From Paraspadella gotoi (Eukaryota; Animalia; Chaetognatha): a stretch of DNA of 64,000 nt. This document shows positions 1-12,188 of this stretch, piece after piece (the stretch's first letter is position 1; each line of letters begins with the position of its first letter). The translations under genes and the position numbers were made by a program. The DNA is taken from assembly GCA_051294375.1 (NCBI GenBank), contig CM119270.1, positions 8,295,213 through 8,359,212 of the forward strand. Direction: 5' to 3'. The notes beneath the pieces are model-generated. The model had not been told where the DNA came from. It did no database searches and worked only from the letters and a program-made list of their open reading frames with translations.

Positions 1-1567
1 AGCCATGGCTCGCGACCAGAACGCTCGTAACAAAGAATATATAATTTATAATATATACATATATATATAAAAGATATATATAAAATATATATATATATAA
101 GATTCTGGCGACTCGAGTTGACCTCAGTCAACCAGATGATCTTCGTCACAAAGAGACTGTGAACCCTCAGTCGTCGTCGTCGTCGGCTGACTTCTTCTTA
201 CATTGTAAAGTTTTTCTCTCTTTTCGAATTCCAAGCCAAGAACTAAAAACCATGTTTTTATCTTTTTAATCGACGTTCAAATGATTTGCCATTAACTACA
301 TTTTACCCACGTTAAATCTTCTTCAAGTATATCGTCTTTTATTATTGTTTTGAACAATTGTAATACGTTGATGAAACGTAGAACTCTTTTCGCCTTGTTA
401 TTGACAGTTTAAATAGTTATTATAAAATTAATTAAATTTAATCAACGACTTAATTCTTTGTGACGGGGGTCTCCAAAAGATATAATTTAAAAAAGTTCAT
501 TTAAAAAGTTCTGCGGGAAAGATGTTGCATAATAAACGAGCCACAAAAATCCTCTCTCGAAAGCCGCGGTTGCTCGTCGCAAGGCCATGGCTTTCGGATT
601 TTGAATCGCAGTAGAGTCAATTATGCGCGTTTGGGTCCAATATAAAATGTAAAACGAAGCAAAAGCCCTTTGATTTCTTCGGATTTATTTTAACGTTTAG
701 AAAATCGATCCCGCGCTCCCCAAAAAATCGAAAGTAGACACCCTGGGCTCTCTTCCGGTGTATTCAAAAAGACTTTTTTTGATGGCTTGAGGTCGGAATT
801 AACGGTTAAAAAAGTTGTTTATTTGATTACCTAAACAAGCAATCAAGCTTGGAATTTTTTTTTCATTTTTTTAGTCAGGTGCTTGGAGGAGACCAAATGC
901 CTTCTATATATAAAGTCAAAGTGTTCTTTTGTTGAGTACAATTGAAGAATGAGCTGGTCTACGGAGAGGAAGATTCGAAGGGGTAGAACCAATCTATTTC
1001 AAATGCATTTTAATACATGAAAATGTTTAAATTAAGCTCGCGCTCCCCATTCATGCCCTTCCCAAGAACCTACGATTTCCGATATACCCATATTGCCACA
1101 CTTTATTAAGGGCGTGACCTCGGAATTTTGAAAAATATCGATTTCTAGAGAAAACTTGATCCCCCCATCGTGCGAAACGACTGGCACCCCCACTTAGTCC
1201 TAACTTTTATTAATTACTGTAAAAATAATTATTTATTATAATAATAATAATTTATTAATTTACATGTAATACAATTATATTAATAACTACTACTATATGA
1301 ACTACATAAACTTGATTATAACAGAATCAAATTTAAAAACAAGATAATTTTCGGAGATCATTAACTGCCAAGTTCCTAAGGTTGTCGTAGCGACGAAACA
1401 AACAAACGCGGAAAGAAAGGGATAATGAGAACCAGAACGGGGCGACGACGACTACGACGATGAAAACGAGGACGACGACGTTTCGGACAAGCGTAACTTG
1501 GATATTGAAAATGTAGATGTAAGATTGATGAAGATGTAAGAATCCTGAGAGAGGATACAGGAATTAA

Positions 1568-1864
1568 GTTAAAATAAAACTCGATCGACATAAATTAACT
1601 TAATTATTATTAAGCGATCGTGATACTTTTCTTTGTACTTTTCTATATCGTGATACTTTTCTATGTAGCTAATCTCGTTAAATTAACATTGTTAATCCTA
1701 ATTTCAAAACTACCTACGAACAAAGGTTTGCCCTTTTTCTTAAATTCATTTTGTTAATTATTAACAAAATGAATTTAAGAAAAAGGGCAAACCTTTGTTA
1801 GTAGGTAGTTTTGATCGCTTAATAATAATTAAGTTAATTTATGTCGATCGAGTTTTATTTTAAC
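1568..1864. repeat. Nested palindrome / foldback
   Basis: 1704-1814 is a near-perfect palindrome (~55-bp arms, centre ~1759). 1568-1619 is the reverse complement of 1813-1864. Confidence 0.85.
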
Positions 1865-3455
1865 AAGTTTGAGCAAACAATGTCGGATCTGCCCATGATA
1901 AATAATTAAATTAATTAATCAAATTAATTAATAATGAATGAATAAATTAATTAATTAATTAATTAATTAGGCAATTAATTTGATCCGAAACGTTTGTTTT
2001 GTTTGATTAATTGAGTGATTAATTATTGATTAATTAATTGACTAATTGATTAATTAACTGATTAATTATTTGATTAATTATTACATCTTGCATTTACATT
2101 TAATATAAAAATAAAAAGAAGCATAATCAATTAGTAAAACAGGTTTTTTGTATTTTTCCACTCAAACGATTCCATCGAAACTAAATTTCCAGCCTAATCA
2201 CACACTTTCCTACCCACATACAAAATTTCAGGTCAATCGCCCTGTTACGAAATAATAATCATTATATTTCGAAGAAAACCAAGCTTAGGTCTAATAGGTT
2301 TAATAGGTTTTATTCATTGGACGGGCCGGAGAGGCCATGGGTCGCAGTAATACAAAAAATCACATCAATACAAATAATCACAGTACAAAACAGTACAAGC
2401 TTCTCTACTTTCTCCCCGGTGCTCTTTTATTCTCTCTTACTAACGCAAGGATTTTCCGTTTCTCCAGCGATCTCAGCGACATCTCTAGTTTCGAATTTGT
2501 ATTATAGTATATATACTTAAGTACAAGTTTCCGAGGCAGTATGTGGCGGATTCTGATTGGTTCTACCGGATTTCGATTGATTTCAATCGTAGATTTATCG
2601 ACGTGGAACTCTTCGGTTTTCACTTAGTCTCACACTGCGTTTTTGCTACTTTTTAAAGTTATTTAAAATTCGCATATAGATATTCTCGGAAACACTTTAT
2701 TAGTGATAAAGTTTTCTGTGATCGCTGGATTGGTGGACTTTCTTGTGATAGAGGCAATCTTTTTGACAATTTTGGCTTCAGAAACAAGTAAGAGAATTTC
2801 TCTTTAAAACTTATAAATATATTTACATAGTGTGTATTAAATGTTTTGTTCCTTCGTCCAGGATTTCTAACTTTAGCTTCATAGAAGATCCTGGATTTCG
2901 CATCGACTTGATCGTCCGCCTTGTTCGTCGAGAATCAACTTTGCCGAGACTTTGTCGTCAGCCATCTTGAGCTATTTGACCGGTGCCATCGTCTCTTTTG
3001 CGCCATCGACCACGAATTCCTCTACTTATGATAGCGCAGAATTAGTCCAGGAAAGTTAGCGAATCAAAGACAGCCACCTCTACGACTTCAGTTCGTTTAC
3101 ACGCCCCATCCGCTCATGAGTAATTAGTGTTCAAATAGTGAAATATATGTTTTTGTTTTTTCCATTTAAACTCATTTCCACTCGGACGATTCCATCAAAA
3201 CTTCATATCCAGCTCAATCACACACTCCCCTACCCACACACAAAATTTCATTCCAATCCATCCATCCATTCACGAGTAATTTGTGGGACGGACGGACAGA
3301 CAGACGGACGGACATCTTTTTTTTTTGCAAAATGTATTCGATGTACTGACATGGTATAGGTGAATGCCCGACAAGATTGAGGGGGCGGACCGACGGACCG
3401 ACAAAGTGAATTAATTATAGAGTCGGGATCTGCTGATAAGCAGATCTGACTAAAA
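1862..3455 (+). mobile_element. Helentron-associated non-autonomous element (DINE-1/HINE-like), composite copy
   Basis: The 5' end AACAAGTTTGAGCAAACAATGTCGGATCTGCCCA (1862) and the 3' part (3121-3455) match the copy at 40227-40675. The 3' part has the core, (GGAC)n microsatellite and terminal hairpin AGTCGGGATCTGC-TGATAA-GCAGATCTGACT. About 870 bp of unrelated sequence lies between them. Confidence 0.65.
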
Positions 3456-3709
3456 CGGAGTTGTTTTATCTTATTATTTTACGTTGGTTGATCTCATTAT
3501 GATTATCATTATGATCGAAACTGAAGGGATTTCGCGTGAGGCCCCTCGTTACTCAGAATTATTATTTACCAGAAATGATGAAATTTCTTGATTAACCGGT
3601 TTGGCCTCGCATGCACCTTTTCGTTCAGATTCAGCTTCACTCAAGACCGGGATACTTATTTCATTTGTTGCTTACGGAAGAATTAAATCAAAATAAATAC
3701 GAAATTATC

Positions 3710-5807
3710 ATGCCGCTTCTGGGCAACCACGTGGGCAACTTGCAAGAGTGGGCGCAAGGGCGCTCTCTTCCTTTGCCCGAATATTCAATGACCGGCGGAA
3801 AAGGAAAATACTTGTTTGGAATGGTCGTGCGAATCGACACAGTCAGTCAAGTTGGTAAGTAAACCGAGATTTCCAAAACCTGAAACTGTAATTACCACAA
3901 AAAAAAAAATTCATGTCGCAAAAAGAATGAGTTGTTGTTATTCTTCAATTTGTATAAAAATAAAGTTAAGATTTAGCAATAACACGATAAATGCTTCGTA
4001 GGCCGAGGGTACGGTCAAAATAAGAAGGAAGCCCGAAGTGCCGCCGCCGCTGATTTGATGCGACGTCTCGTCCCTCGATACGACGCCTTTGATGACGGCG
4101 ATGACGATAGGAAAGAACGGATCTACGATGAAGTCGATGCGATCATTGCATTGGCGGCCAAAAACGGTTTTCCGATTCCGAGGTAAGTCGATGTCTCTCT
4201 CTCTCTCTCATCTCTTCCCAGGGTCTCATGCTGCGGTCAGTGGTCTCGCGATCGGTGCTGCGAGGGTTTGGGTGTGGTCTGGTGTGTTAGGATCGTGTGT
4301 GGTGGCGGGCGTGCTGGTGTTGCTCTCCTCAGTGTGTGTTCAGGCTCTGGCGAGATCTCTCTGTTAGAGTGTCGGCGGGAGGTCTTGGGTCTGGAGGCAG
4401 TCTTCTCTCTATCGTCGCGCTGGATGCGAGCGTGTTTCGGGCGAATGAATCACGACAGGTCTATCGTCGTGTCGGTGTCTCGCTCGGTCTCTCCGTGCGT
4501 CCGAAACATACCGTTTTCCACATCCTCCTCCCACAGATTCGAAAACCGCGCCCCACCGCGTGGTTTCGACTTCGCCGTCCGCTGCGTGGTCGGCTCCTTC
4601 TCGGCCGTCGGCGTCGGCGAGACGAGACGCGGCGCCATGAGAGACGCCGCGCGGGAATTAGCCGCGCTCTTGCGGGATCATCGGTCGAAGCCGGTGGCGG
4701 CGCTCAGCATAGAGGTGAGGAGATGATTTGCCCGGAAATGAAAAGTCAGCGTTTTGATTTTCATATTGGAAAAATTCAATAATTAATAATGATAATTATA
4801 AAATAAAACCAAATTCTTGGGCTCCTAACCTAATTCTAAAAAAATATATAATAATATTCCCGTTATAATTTGATTATAATAGCATAGGACACAATGAAAA
4901 ATGGCGTAACGTTACTGTTCCGTGCATAAAAAAAATTCACTGTTCAATATTATTATACTTCTTTTTATTTTTTGAAACGTTATAGTTTCATATGCTGATA
5001 TCCAAAATATCAATGCAAAATCTTTTTTTGTTTTTTTGATATGACTGAATATAGGGTGAAAGATATAAATTTAAAAAAGTTACTTATTCATATTTATTCA
5101 TAGAATTGTAATAGAAAAAAAAAAATAATAGTACTAATAGTTAGTGTTATGTCTCAAATAGATGGAAAAAAACCTCATTTAAAAATTTGATCGGGAAGTG
5201 GGGTAACTAAGGCTTACCAATAGCATCCTCCACGCCGATTGTTCTCTCAAATAATTTTTTTTATTTAATACATTTGAAAGGGAAAAAAAGAAAATTTGGA
5301 ATGCAGGTTGCAGAAAGGGTACAGATAATCTGGACTTATTGACATGATAACCATGACTTTTAATATCTTTTGAAATGGGGGCAGTAAAGAAATCTAAAAA
5401 AAATTATCATTAAGTCAGTCAATGAACGCTTTCCAATGGGCTATTACGAGAAATATTTTTTCTTAATTAAAATGGATAAATAAATAAATAAAAATAAAAG
5501 TGCAATATGAAATTGAGCTCATGAAATTCAATGACGAGAGGATTTAAAAGTGAAGATCCGAGGGCCAACGATAACGACGACGACAACATAAAGAACTACG
5601 ACAACGACGACCACCATACTTAAAACTCGCGTTTGTTCACTACTTATTTTAACTGTCTTACTGGTGGTAATAACCTTTCTTTTTTCGTTGTTGTAGTTGT
5701 ATTATGGGCAAAATGATTTTTGTTTCACAACAGAATTTTTGGATTCAAGCCTTCTTCAGCGTCAATGATTTGTGAAATTTGTACAGTTTTTTGTGTGGAG
5801 GAAGAAG

Positions 5808-5857
<50 letters not shown>

Positions 5858-6229
5858 TCCAACACAGAGTTGAGAAAAATAATAGTGGTCAAGTGGTGAG
5901 GACAGGTTAAGAATGAGGACAGATAGAGATTTTAGTTTTGAATAAGAAATGAAATGGTCAGAGTGGAGAGATTGAGAGAGGAGAGAGAGAGGGAGAGAGA
6001 GAGGGAGAGAGAGAGACAGGGAGAGAGAAAATAATATTACATTTCAAATGTACAACAAATAAAGTTTTTAAACTGTTATTAACAATTAACTATTTAATAA
6101 ATAATAAGTGAGGTGAAAATGAAATGTGAAAGTGAGAAGATACATTTAGTGTTAAGAATTGTTAATAAAGTTAGAAATTAAGAATTAAGAAAAGAGCTCA
6201 AAGTGAGCTAGTTTTTTGTGTGAAGAGAA

Positions 6230-6266
<37 letters not shown>

Positions 6267-7667
6267 CAAAGTTTCCAAACAGAGTTGAGAAAAATAATAG
6301 TGGTCAAGTGGTGAGGACAGGTTAAGAATGAGGACAGATAGAGATTTTAGTTTTGAATAAGAAAGAAATGGTCAGAGTGAGAGAGATTGAGAGAGAGAGA
6401 GAGAGGGGAGAGAGGGAGAGAGGGAGAGAGAGAAAATAATATTACATTTCAAATGTACAACAAAATAAAGTTTTTAAACTGTTATTAACAATTAACTATT
6501 TAATAAATAAATAAGTGAAGGTGAAAATGAAATGTGAAAGTGAGAAGATACATTTAGTGTTAAGAATTGTTAATAAAGTTAGAAATTAAAGAATTAAGAA
6601 AGAGCTCAAAGTGAGCTAAACGTCTCTGACGGATCGTTCCAGCAACATACGAAACCCTACCGTGACGCTCGCGGGCACTTCCTGTCCGTGTTGCTGAGCA
6701 CACAGCAAACACGTGCACTGCATTTAGAGAGTCAGACTGTCTCGTGCTGTCCCATGACCCGAACTGGTTCTCAGAGGTATTAGGGAGGCAATCTATATCA
6801 AAGCTCTTGAACCCTCTTTGAACCGTGATGGAGGACGATTCGACCTCCCTCCAAGCTAGGATTCGCTTATAAAAAGCTGGTGGAAGCCGCCTCCACCACG
6901 TCCGCACAATGATTCCCCTGTTGCTACTCAACGTGACAGGCGGAGACCCTTACGCAGGCAATGGGCAGGCGATGCCTCTCCCTCGACTGTAGCAACTCAA
7001 TCCCTCTCTCTGGGGAGCGAGCGTCGACCAAAACGACGGCTCCAGGAGGAGGGGGAGAGTCCAGCACTCCTGTCACAAAAGTGGCAAGAACTGACAACCG
7101 CCCACCTCGTCAGCAGGCGAGAAGAGGGCAGCTGGCAGGCGTATCAGGCCAAAGAGACATTCGAGTAGCGCTTGGAATGTTTCCGCAAGGAAGCCTCCCT
7201 AGCCCGACAATAACATATCGGTTCAATTGTCCTCTCAACCAATGACACGCCATAGACCCAGCCCCATCGCCCGAGCCTCTCATTTGTCCAAACCAAGGGG
7301 CCGGAGCTCACTTTGAGCTCTTTCTTAATTCTTAATTTCTAACTTTATTAACAATTCTTAACACTAAATGTATCTTCTCACTTTCACATTTCATTTTCAC
7401 CTTCACTTATTTATTTTTAATATAAGTTAATTGTTAATAACAGTTTAAAAACTTTATTTGTTGTACATTTGAATGTAATATTATTTTCTCTCTCCCTGTC
7501 TCTCTCCTCTCTCCTTCTCTCTCCTCTCTCTCTCTCTCTCAATCTCTCTCACTCTGACCATTTCATTTCTTATTCAAAACTAAAATCTCTATCTGTCCTC
7601 ATTCTTAACCTGTCCTCACCACTTGACCACTAATTATTTTTCTCAACTCTGTGTTGGAAACTTTGCC

Positions 7668-7719
<52 letters not shown>

Positions 7720-8153
7720 TCTCTCTCTTCCCTTCTTTCACACAAAAAACTGTACAAATTTCACAAATCATTGACGCTGAAGAAGGCTTGAATCCAAAGC
7801 CGAAACATGTACGTTTTTCCTATGAGTTAAATAAAATTCGTTGTGAAACAAAAATCATTTTGCCCAAACTGTCTTACTAAATTGTTATTTCCTTTCAGCC
7901 GCCTCGACGCAGTTCCTCTCCGTCTCTAAGCCTCGAAAGTGGCGCCTCTCGGGCACCAGTCGCGCTTGCCAGGCGAGCGCCACCATCGACGCCCCAATCC
8001 GGCGGCGTCGACGGGGCAACGCTCCTGGCGTCGCTTATGGACACTCTGATGCTGAATCGCAGCGGCGCGGCGGCTGGAGGGGGCGCCGCAGCTCGATCAT
8101 CTCGTTTTTCGCCGTTCGGATTCTCCGCTTTCGACGATTGGAATTCAAAATGA
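3710..8153 (+). CDS. Double-stranded RNA-binding protein with two dsRBDs (TRBP/PACT/Loquacious/R2D2-like architecture), ~252 aa, 4 exons
   Basis: Exons 3710-3854, 4002-4182, 4537-4714 and 7899-8153 have GT-AG boundaries and consistent phases. dsRBD1: NHVGNLQEWAQGRSLPLPEY...FGMVVRI...GRGYGQNKKEARSAAA. dsRBD2: LAAKNGFPIPRF...FAVRCVVGSFSAVGVGETRRGAMRDAA. Exon 4 is less certain because exon 3 could instead read on to TGA at 4724-4726. Confidence 0.8.
6620..6858 (+). pseudogene. Frameshifted C-terminal half of a Penelope GIY-YIG endonuclease
   Basis: Manual translation across small indels gives ..R-FQQHTKPY..VAEHTANT..VLSHDPNWF-RGIREAIYIKALEPSLNRDGGRFDLPPS*. This matches the PLE endonuclease C-terminal pattern RG.KEAIYI...PSLNRDGG. 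Confidence 0.8.
7773..7815 (+). ncRNA. Minimal type-I hammerhead ribozyme motif (PLE type)
   Basis: GACG-CTGAAGA-A-GGCTT(gaatcca)AAGCC-GAAAC-AT-GTA-CGTT: stem I GACG/CGTT, core CUGANGA, stem II, GAAA, palindromic stem III ACAUGU, and a GUA cleavage triplet (predicted cut after 7811). Confidence 0.8.
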
Positions 8154-8179
8154 GGAACCTACTGAACAGACATGTCTTA

Positions 8180-9930
8180 ACAGAAAGACAGACTGATACT
8201 AGGGTAGTTTTTTTTTCACGTGCTGTCATGTAGCAGACATCGTTAGCTTTCACATAATGCATTAAAATTATTTTATGATAGCATTATGACATAAAAAAAA
8301 AATTGTTCTAATTTTTTTCTGCCAGGCCTCGTAGACACAGCATTTACACAGCATTTACACAGCATTTACACAGCATTTACATTTGTAATAATTGGGACTA
8401 ATAAATTTTGATATATTCTGTCTATAACTACTCAATGTTGATCTTCAGTATCATAAATATTGACGAAAATATTTTTTTTAAATTAATTCATTTAGAAATT
8501 TTTTTTTTCATGCACTGATTCCGATTCTGTTGGGTTTAGCATATCTTTCAAGCACATAACGAAAATATATATGACACAATGAAAAATAACGTGGCGAAAC
8601 GGTCTCGTGCTGATTTTATCCCTTTAAAATTGTTTCTGAGCCAAATTAATTGATCATTACTTTTGGTAATATGTGCGATATACACTACTGGACATTACTG
8701 TATCTGACCATAACCCTTGACCATCAACAAAAAAGCTAACTAGATCAAAAATAGTAAAAAAGATGAAGCAATATAGCTCGAAACGCTTACAGACAGACAG
8801 ACTGATACTAGGGTAGTTTTTTTTTCACGTGCTGTCATGTAGCAGACATCGTTATTTTAAATATTAATATAGCTAATGGGCATTATGCAATGGTTTTAAT
8901 TTTCACCTGAAGATGACCACAATTTAAAAATCTGATAATACAGTCTTTTAGTCCTGTGTCAGTAGTTTTTAAATCAGGGGGAACAAAGTTTGAATTTTCA
9001 TATTTAAATCATATGTTTTTTAAGTTGCTACATGATTTTTTACTTCTTTTTTTTTCAACAGTAACGGGACAACTTGCTTTCAAGGCATATCGCGTCTATG
9101 CGCGTCTACGTAGATCAATTTTAAAAACAGATTTGGATTCCTCAAACGCATATTTACTAGTAACCCGACGACATCAAGTGACGGAAGAAAAATTAATTCT
9201 AATATTTTTAGTTAATATCTATCGATTTCAATGAAAAAAAGGCACTAGATATATTGCATGTGATTGAACAATGTTATCGCAACAATATTTTTATTAATTT
9301 TATGTATTTTGTAAGTATTTTAAGTATTTTTATTCAGTGAGTAAAATAACAACTTTTTTATTCGCTAATTTTTATCTCGGACGCTTAACGCCAGACGTCC
9401 CTACTGATACCATCAAAAATTGGTTTATTTATCCCCCGAAAATTTCGGCGAAATGGTACAAATTTTTTCTTTTTTTTTACGGCTACCTAACTTTTTCTTT
9501 TTTTTTACGGCAACCAAACTTTTTGCTCTACTACCAGGATTTGTCTATTACTTTCTATTTTGTCTGCGCCCACTTCCCTTACATTTCTTTACCCATAATG
9601 GCAAATTACTGCATGATGGCTCCACAAACAAAAGAGCATTTTGGAAAATAAAATCGCAATCAATAGCAATCAGTCATCCACCTGAGTTCTTATTCCTTTT
9701 TTTTAAAGTAAAACAAATTAACATTTAAAATAAACCTTATCTGCCCTGCTAAATTTTTTCGATCTGCTTTTTAACAAATTAGCAATTGTTTTTTTAAATT
9801 TTAATCTTTTAAATTTTCATGTATACTGGACATTATTTTTTCTGACCTTAACCATCGACCATAAACAAAAAAGATAACTGAATGAAAAATGTGAATAAAG
9901 ATGAAGCAATATAGCGAGAAACGTTTACAA
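8180..9930. repeat. Fragments of a second dispersed repeat family
   Basis: 8180-8245 is nearly identical to 8788-8854 (ACAG repeats plus a TGCTG-TCATG-TAGCA hairpin). 8686-8790 resembles 9824-9929. (ACACAGCATTT)x4 lies at 8335-8380. Confidence 0.6.
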
Positions 9931-10793
9931 AATTTGAGACCATTTGAAACTGGAGTATTTTTATAGCCAAAACGAAACTATAATGATAAATTAACAGTAA
10001 GAACAAGATGAATATTTTTCACCCATCGTTTCTTTAATTAACATGAATGAATCAGTCAAATAATCTAAAAAACAAATGACAACAATATGACAAATCGTTT
10101 TCTTTTTTTTTTATCAATAGAAAGTTTTTTTCTGATTACTCTCCTTATGTCCAAATATATAATATTTTTGAGGTATTTTCTAAAACCTTACATAAATATT
10201 ATATTTTTTATATTTTATCACTTTAAAAAAAAATCACAAATAACCTTTCTATGGAATAAAAGAATACCATGTTGATAAGGCGCTAAGTGGGCAGAAGATG
10301 ACTATCCGTAACTTCTATAACCCCCTCTAGATAGGTAGGTAATTAGGTATGATAGATGATAGATGATAGATCCCGTTACCTAGTGGTTGTGAGCTGAAGG
10401 CTTTACTCAATGAGCCACAGGGCCACAACTGAAAGTGTTATGCTTATTGACGGGGTGAACCTAGGCAATGCCCGACTACAACCAAGAACTAATTTTAGAT
10501 AAAAATATTTTGTAGCTTGCAAAATAATAAAAATTTTCTTTTGCAAATATTAAAGAAATAGGGAAGCTTTGTAAGAATTCCGACTCGCAATCGTGGAACT
10601 AAAAGTGAATTCCACGCTGCAACCGCAAGACGCACCTCACCTACCACAAACCCCCGAGGCCCGAGCTGCCGCCGACCCTCGGCCATCCTTTTCCGCCTTA
10701 CCCATTTCCGCTTCTGCGCGACGCCTATTTTTATGTCCCTTGGCTCGTTTCCTCGTTTTGTTTGCTCATGTCAGGGTTACGAAGCCAAAACCT

Positions 10794-10887
<94 letters not shown>

Positions 10888-11687
10888 TTCCTCAGAGCCA
10901 TTTGTCGAAACGAATTGAATTTACGCGGAGAATTCACGCAAAAAACTATCGACGGAGCATTTTTTTTTCTCGAATAAAAAAAAACAATCATAGTTGATAT
11001 GTGAACATGAGTTTAATTTTTTTATTCAAATCGATAAATTTTATCCTCAAAGCTCAGAGGCCGAGAAGCCATTTTGAGCTGTGTTCGCAGCTAAATTGCT
11101 TAATATAATAACAATATGAAAAAGAGGGAAAATTTTTTTTGTTCGTCATTGCCGTCCTTGCTCCTTTTAAAGGAAGAATGGAATAGAGCAAAATGGGATT
11201 AATAATTATTCAGGCTGGCAACGAATCGAAAAAAGATCGTTGACGACGACAACAACAACAACAACGGTTCGACACGGACGACGACGATGACGACGACGAC
11301 AATGAGGACGACGACGATTCGGCCGAAGGCGAAGTCGACCAAAAAAAAACCGTTATGGATACAAAATACAAAAAACACGAGTGAAAAGGAAGAAAAATAA
11401 CAGAAGCCGATAGCGACAAAACGAGTGACTTAACAACGAAAATCACAAGTTACAAAACGGACAACAATTACATAGTTTTACAAAAAAAATCACAAGGGAC
11501 AAAACTAACAACTAACTAAAAACTAACAACTAACGAAACACTCGGTTTGACAACAACAACAAACTGTTTCCGTTTCCAGACACATGCGAACGGAACTCAA
11601 GAATATCCTGGCGACGAGATTGGCATCCATCGCCTCCACAGGGTGGAAATACGTTTGATAAATCGATACGGCATTCGACTTGCTTTC

Positions 11688-11748
<61 letters not shown>

Positions 11749-12188
11749 TTACTTTTGTGTCCAGATTTTGCTCGATAGGCAAGCTTTTTTTTAATGATAA
11801 CATAGACCTCTCGACGAAAATAATAATGACAAGTTAAAGCGACTGAGTCAATCAATTTTTGTTAACTTTCTGAGTCTAACTAGACCGAGAAGCTAAACTC
11901 GGATTTTCAAAAAACCTTGCAGATATGATCACACTGACATATAATGCTAATTCGAACCTCGACTGACGAGTACTGTATGCTCAAAAGGTTAGTACACTGG
12001 ACCAGCTAACTCGAATATGCAAATGAGATTAACGAGTCACGAGAAACTCCGGTATGAAAGAAAAATGTATTTTAATTATTAAATAATACTCGCTTTTCTA
12101 TTAAAATACTTTAAACAATAATAACAACTCATTTTAATATTTGTTGGTTATGAGTATGTGAAGTATCTGCCGTATTTCTCTATCATTA

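Larger units (their letters stand above)
5706..7867 (+). mobile_element. 5'-truncated Penelope-like retroelement with inverted pseudo-LTR arms
   Basis: 7305-7867 is the reverse complement of 5706-6209, and the left arm is partly duplicated in tandem at 6210-6617. The spacer carries a GIY-YIG C-terminal remnant and the right arm carries a hammerhead motif. All three are established PLE hallmarks. Confidence 0.85.

Noticed and set aside
4183-4536. GC/GT-rich dsRBD intron 2 with overlapping ORFs and an extra acceptor at ~4221
   Set aside because: Including it would interrupt dsRBD2; the sequence is low-complexity and possibly low quality.
6560-6931. Minus-strand 123-aa ORF
   Set aside because: Antisense shadow of the + strand GIY-YIG remnant.
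10593-11855. ORFs rich in SLSL/ERER runs (also at 35463-36251, 38376-38890, 58666-59356, 61376-61932)
   Set aside because: These are translations of (AG)n/(AAAG)n microsatellites, with no domain signal.
11960-12000. CTGACGAGTAC..AGTAC hammerhead-like start
   Set aside because: No GAAA follows the stem.
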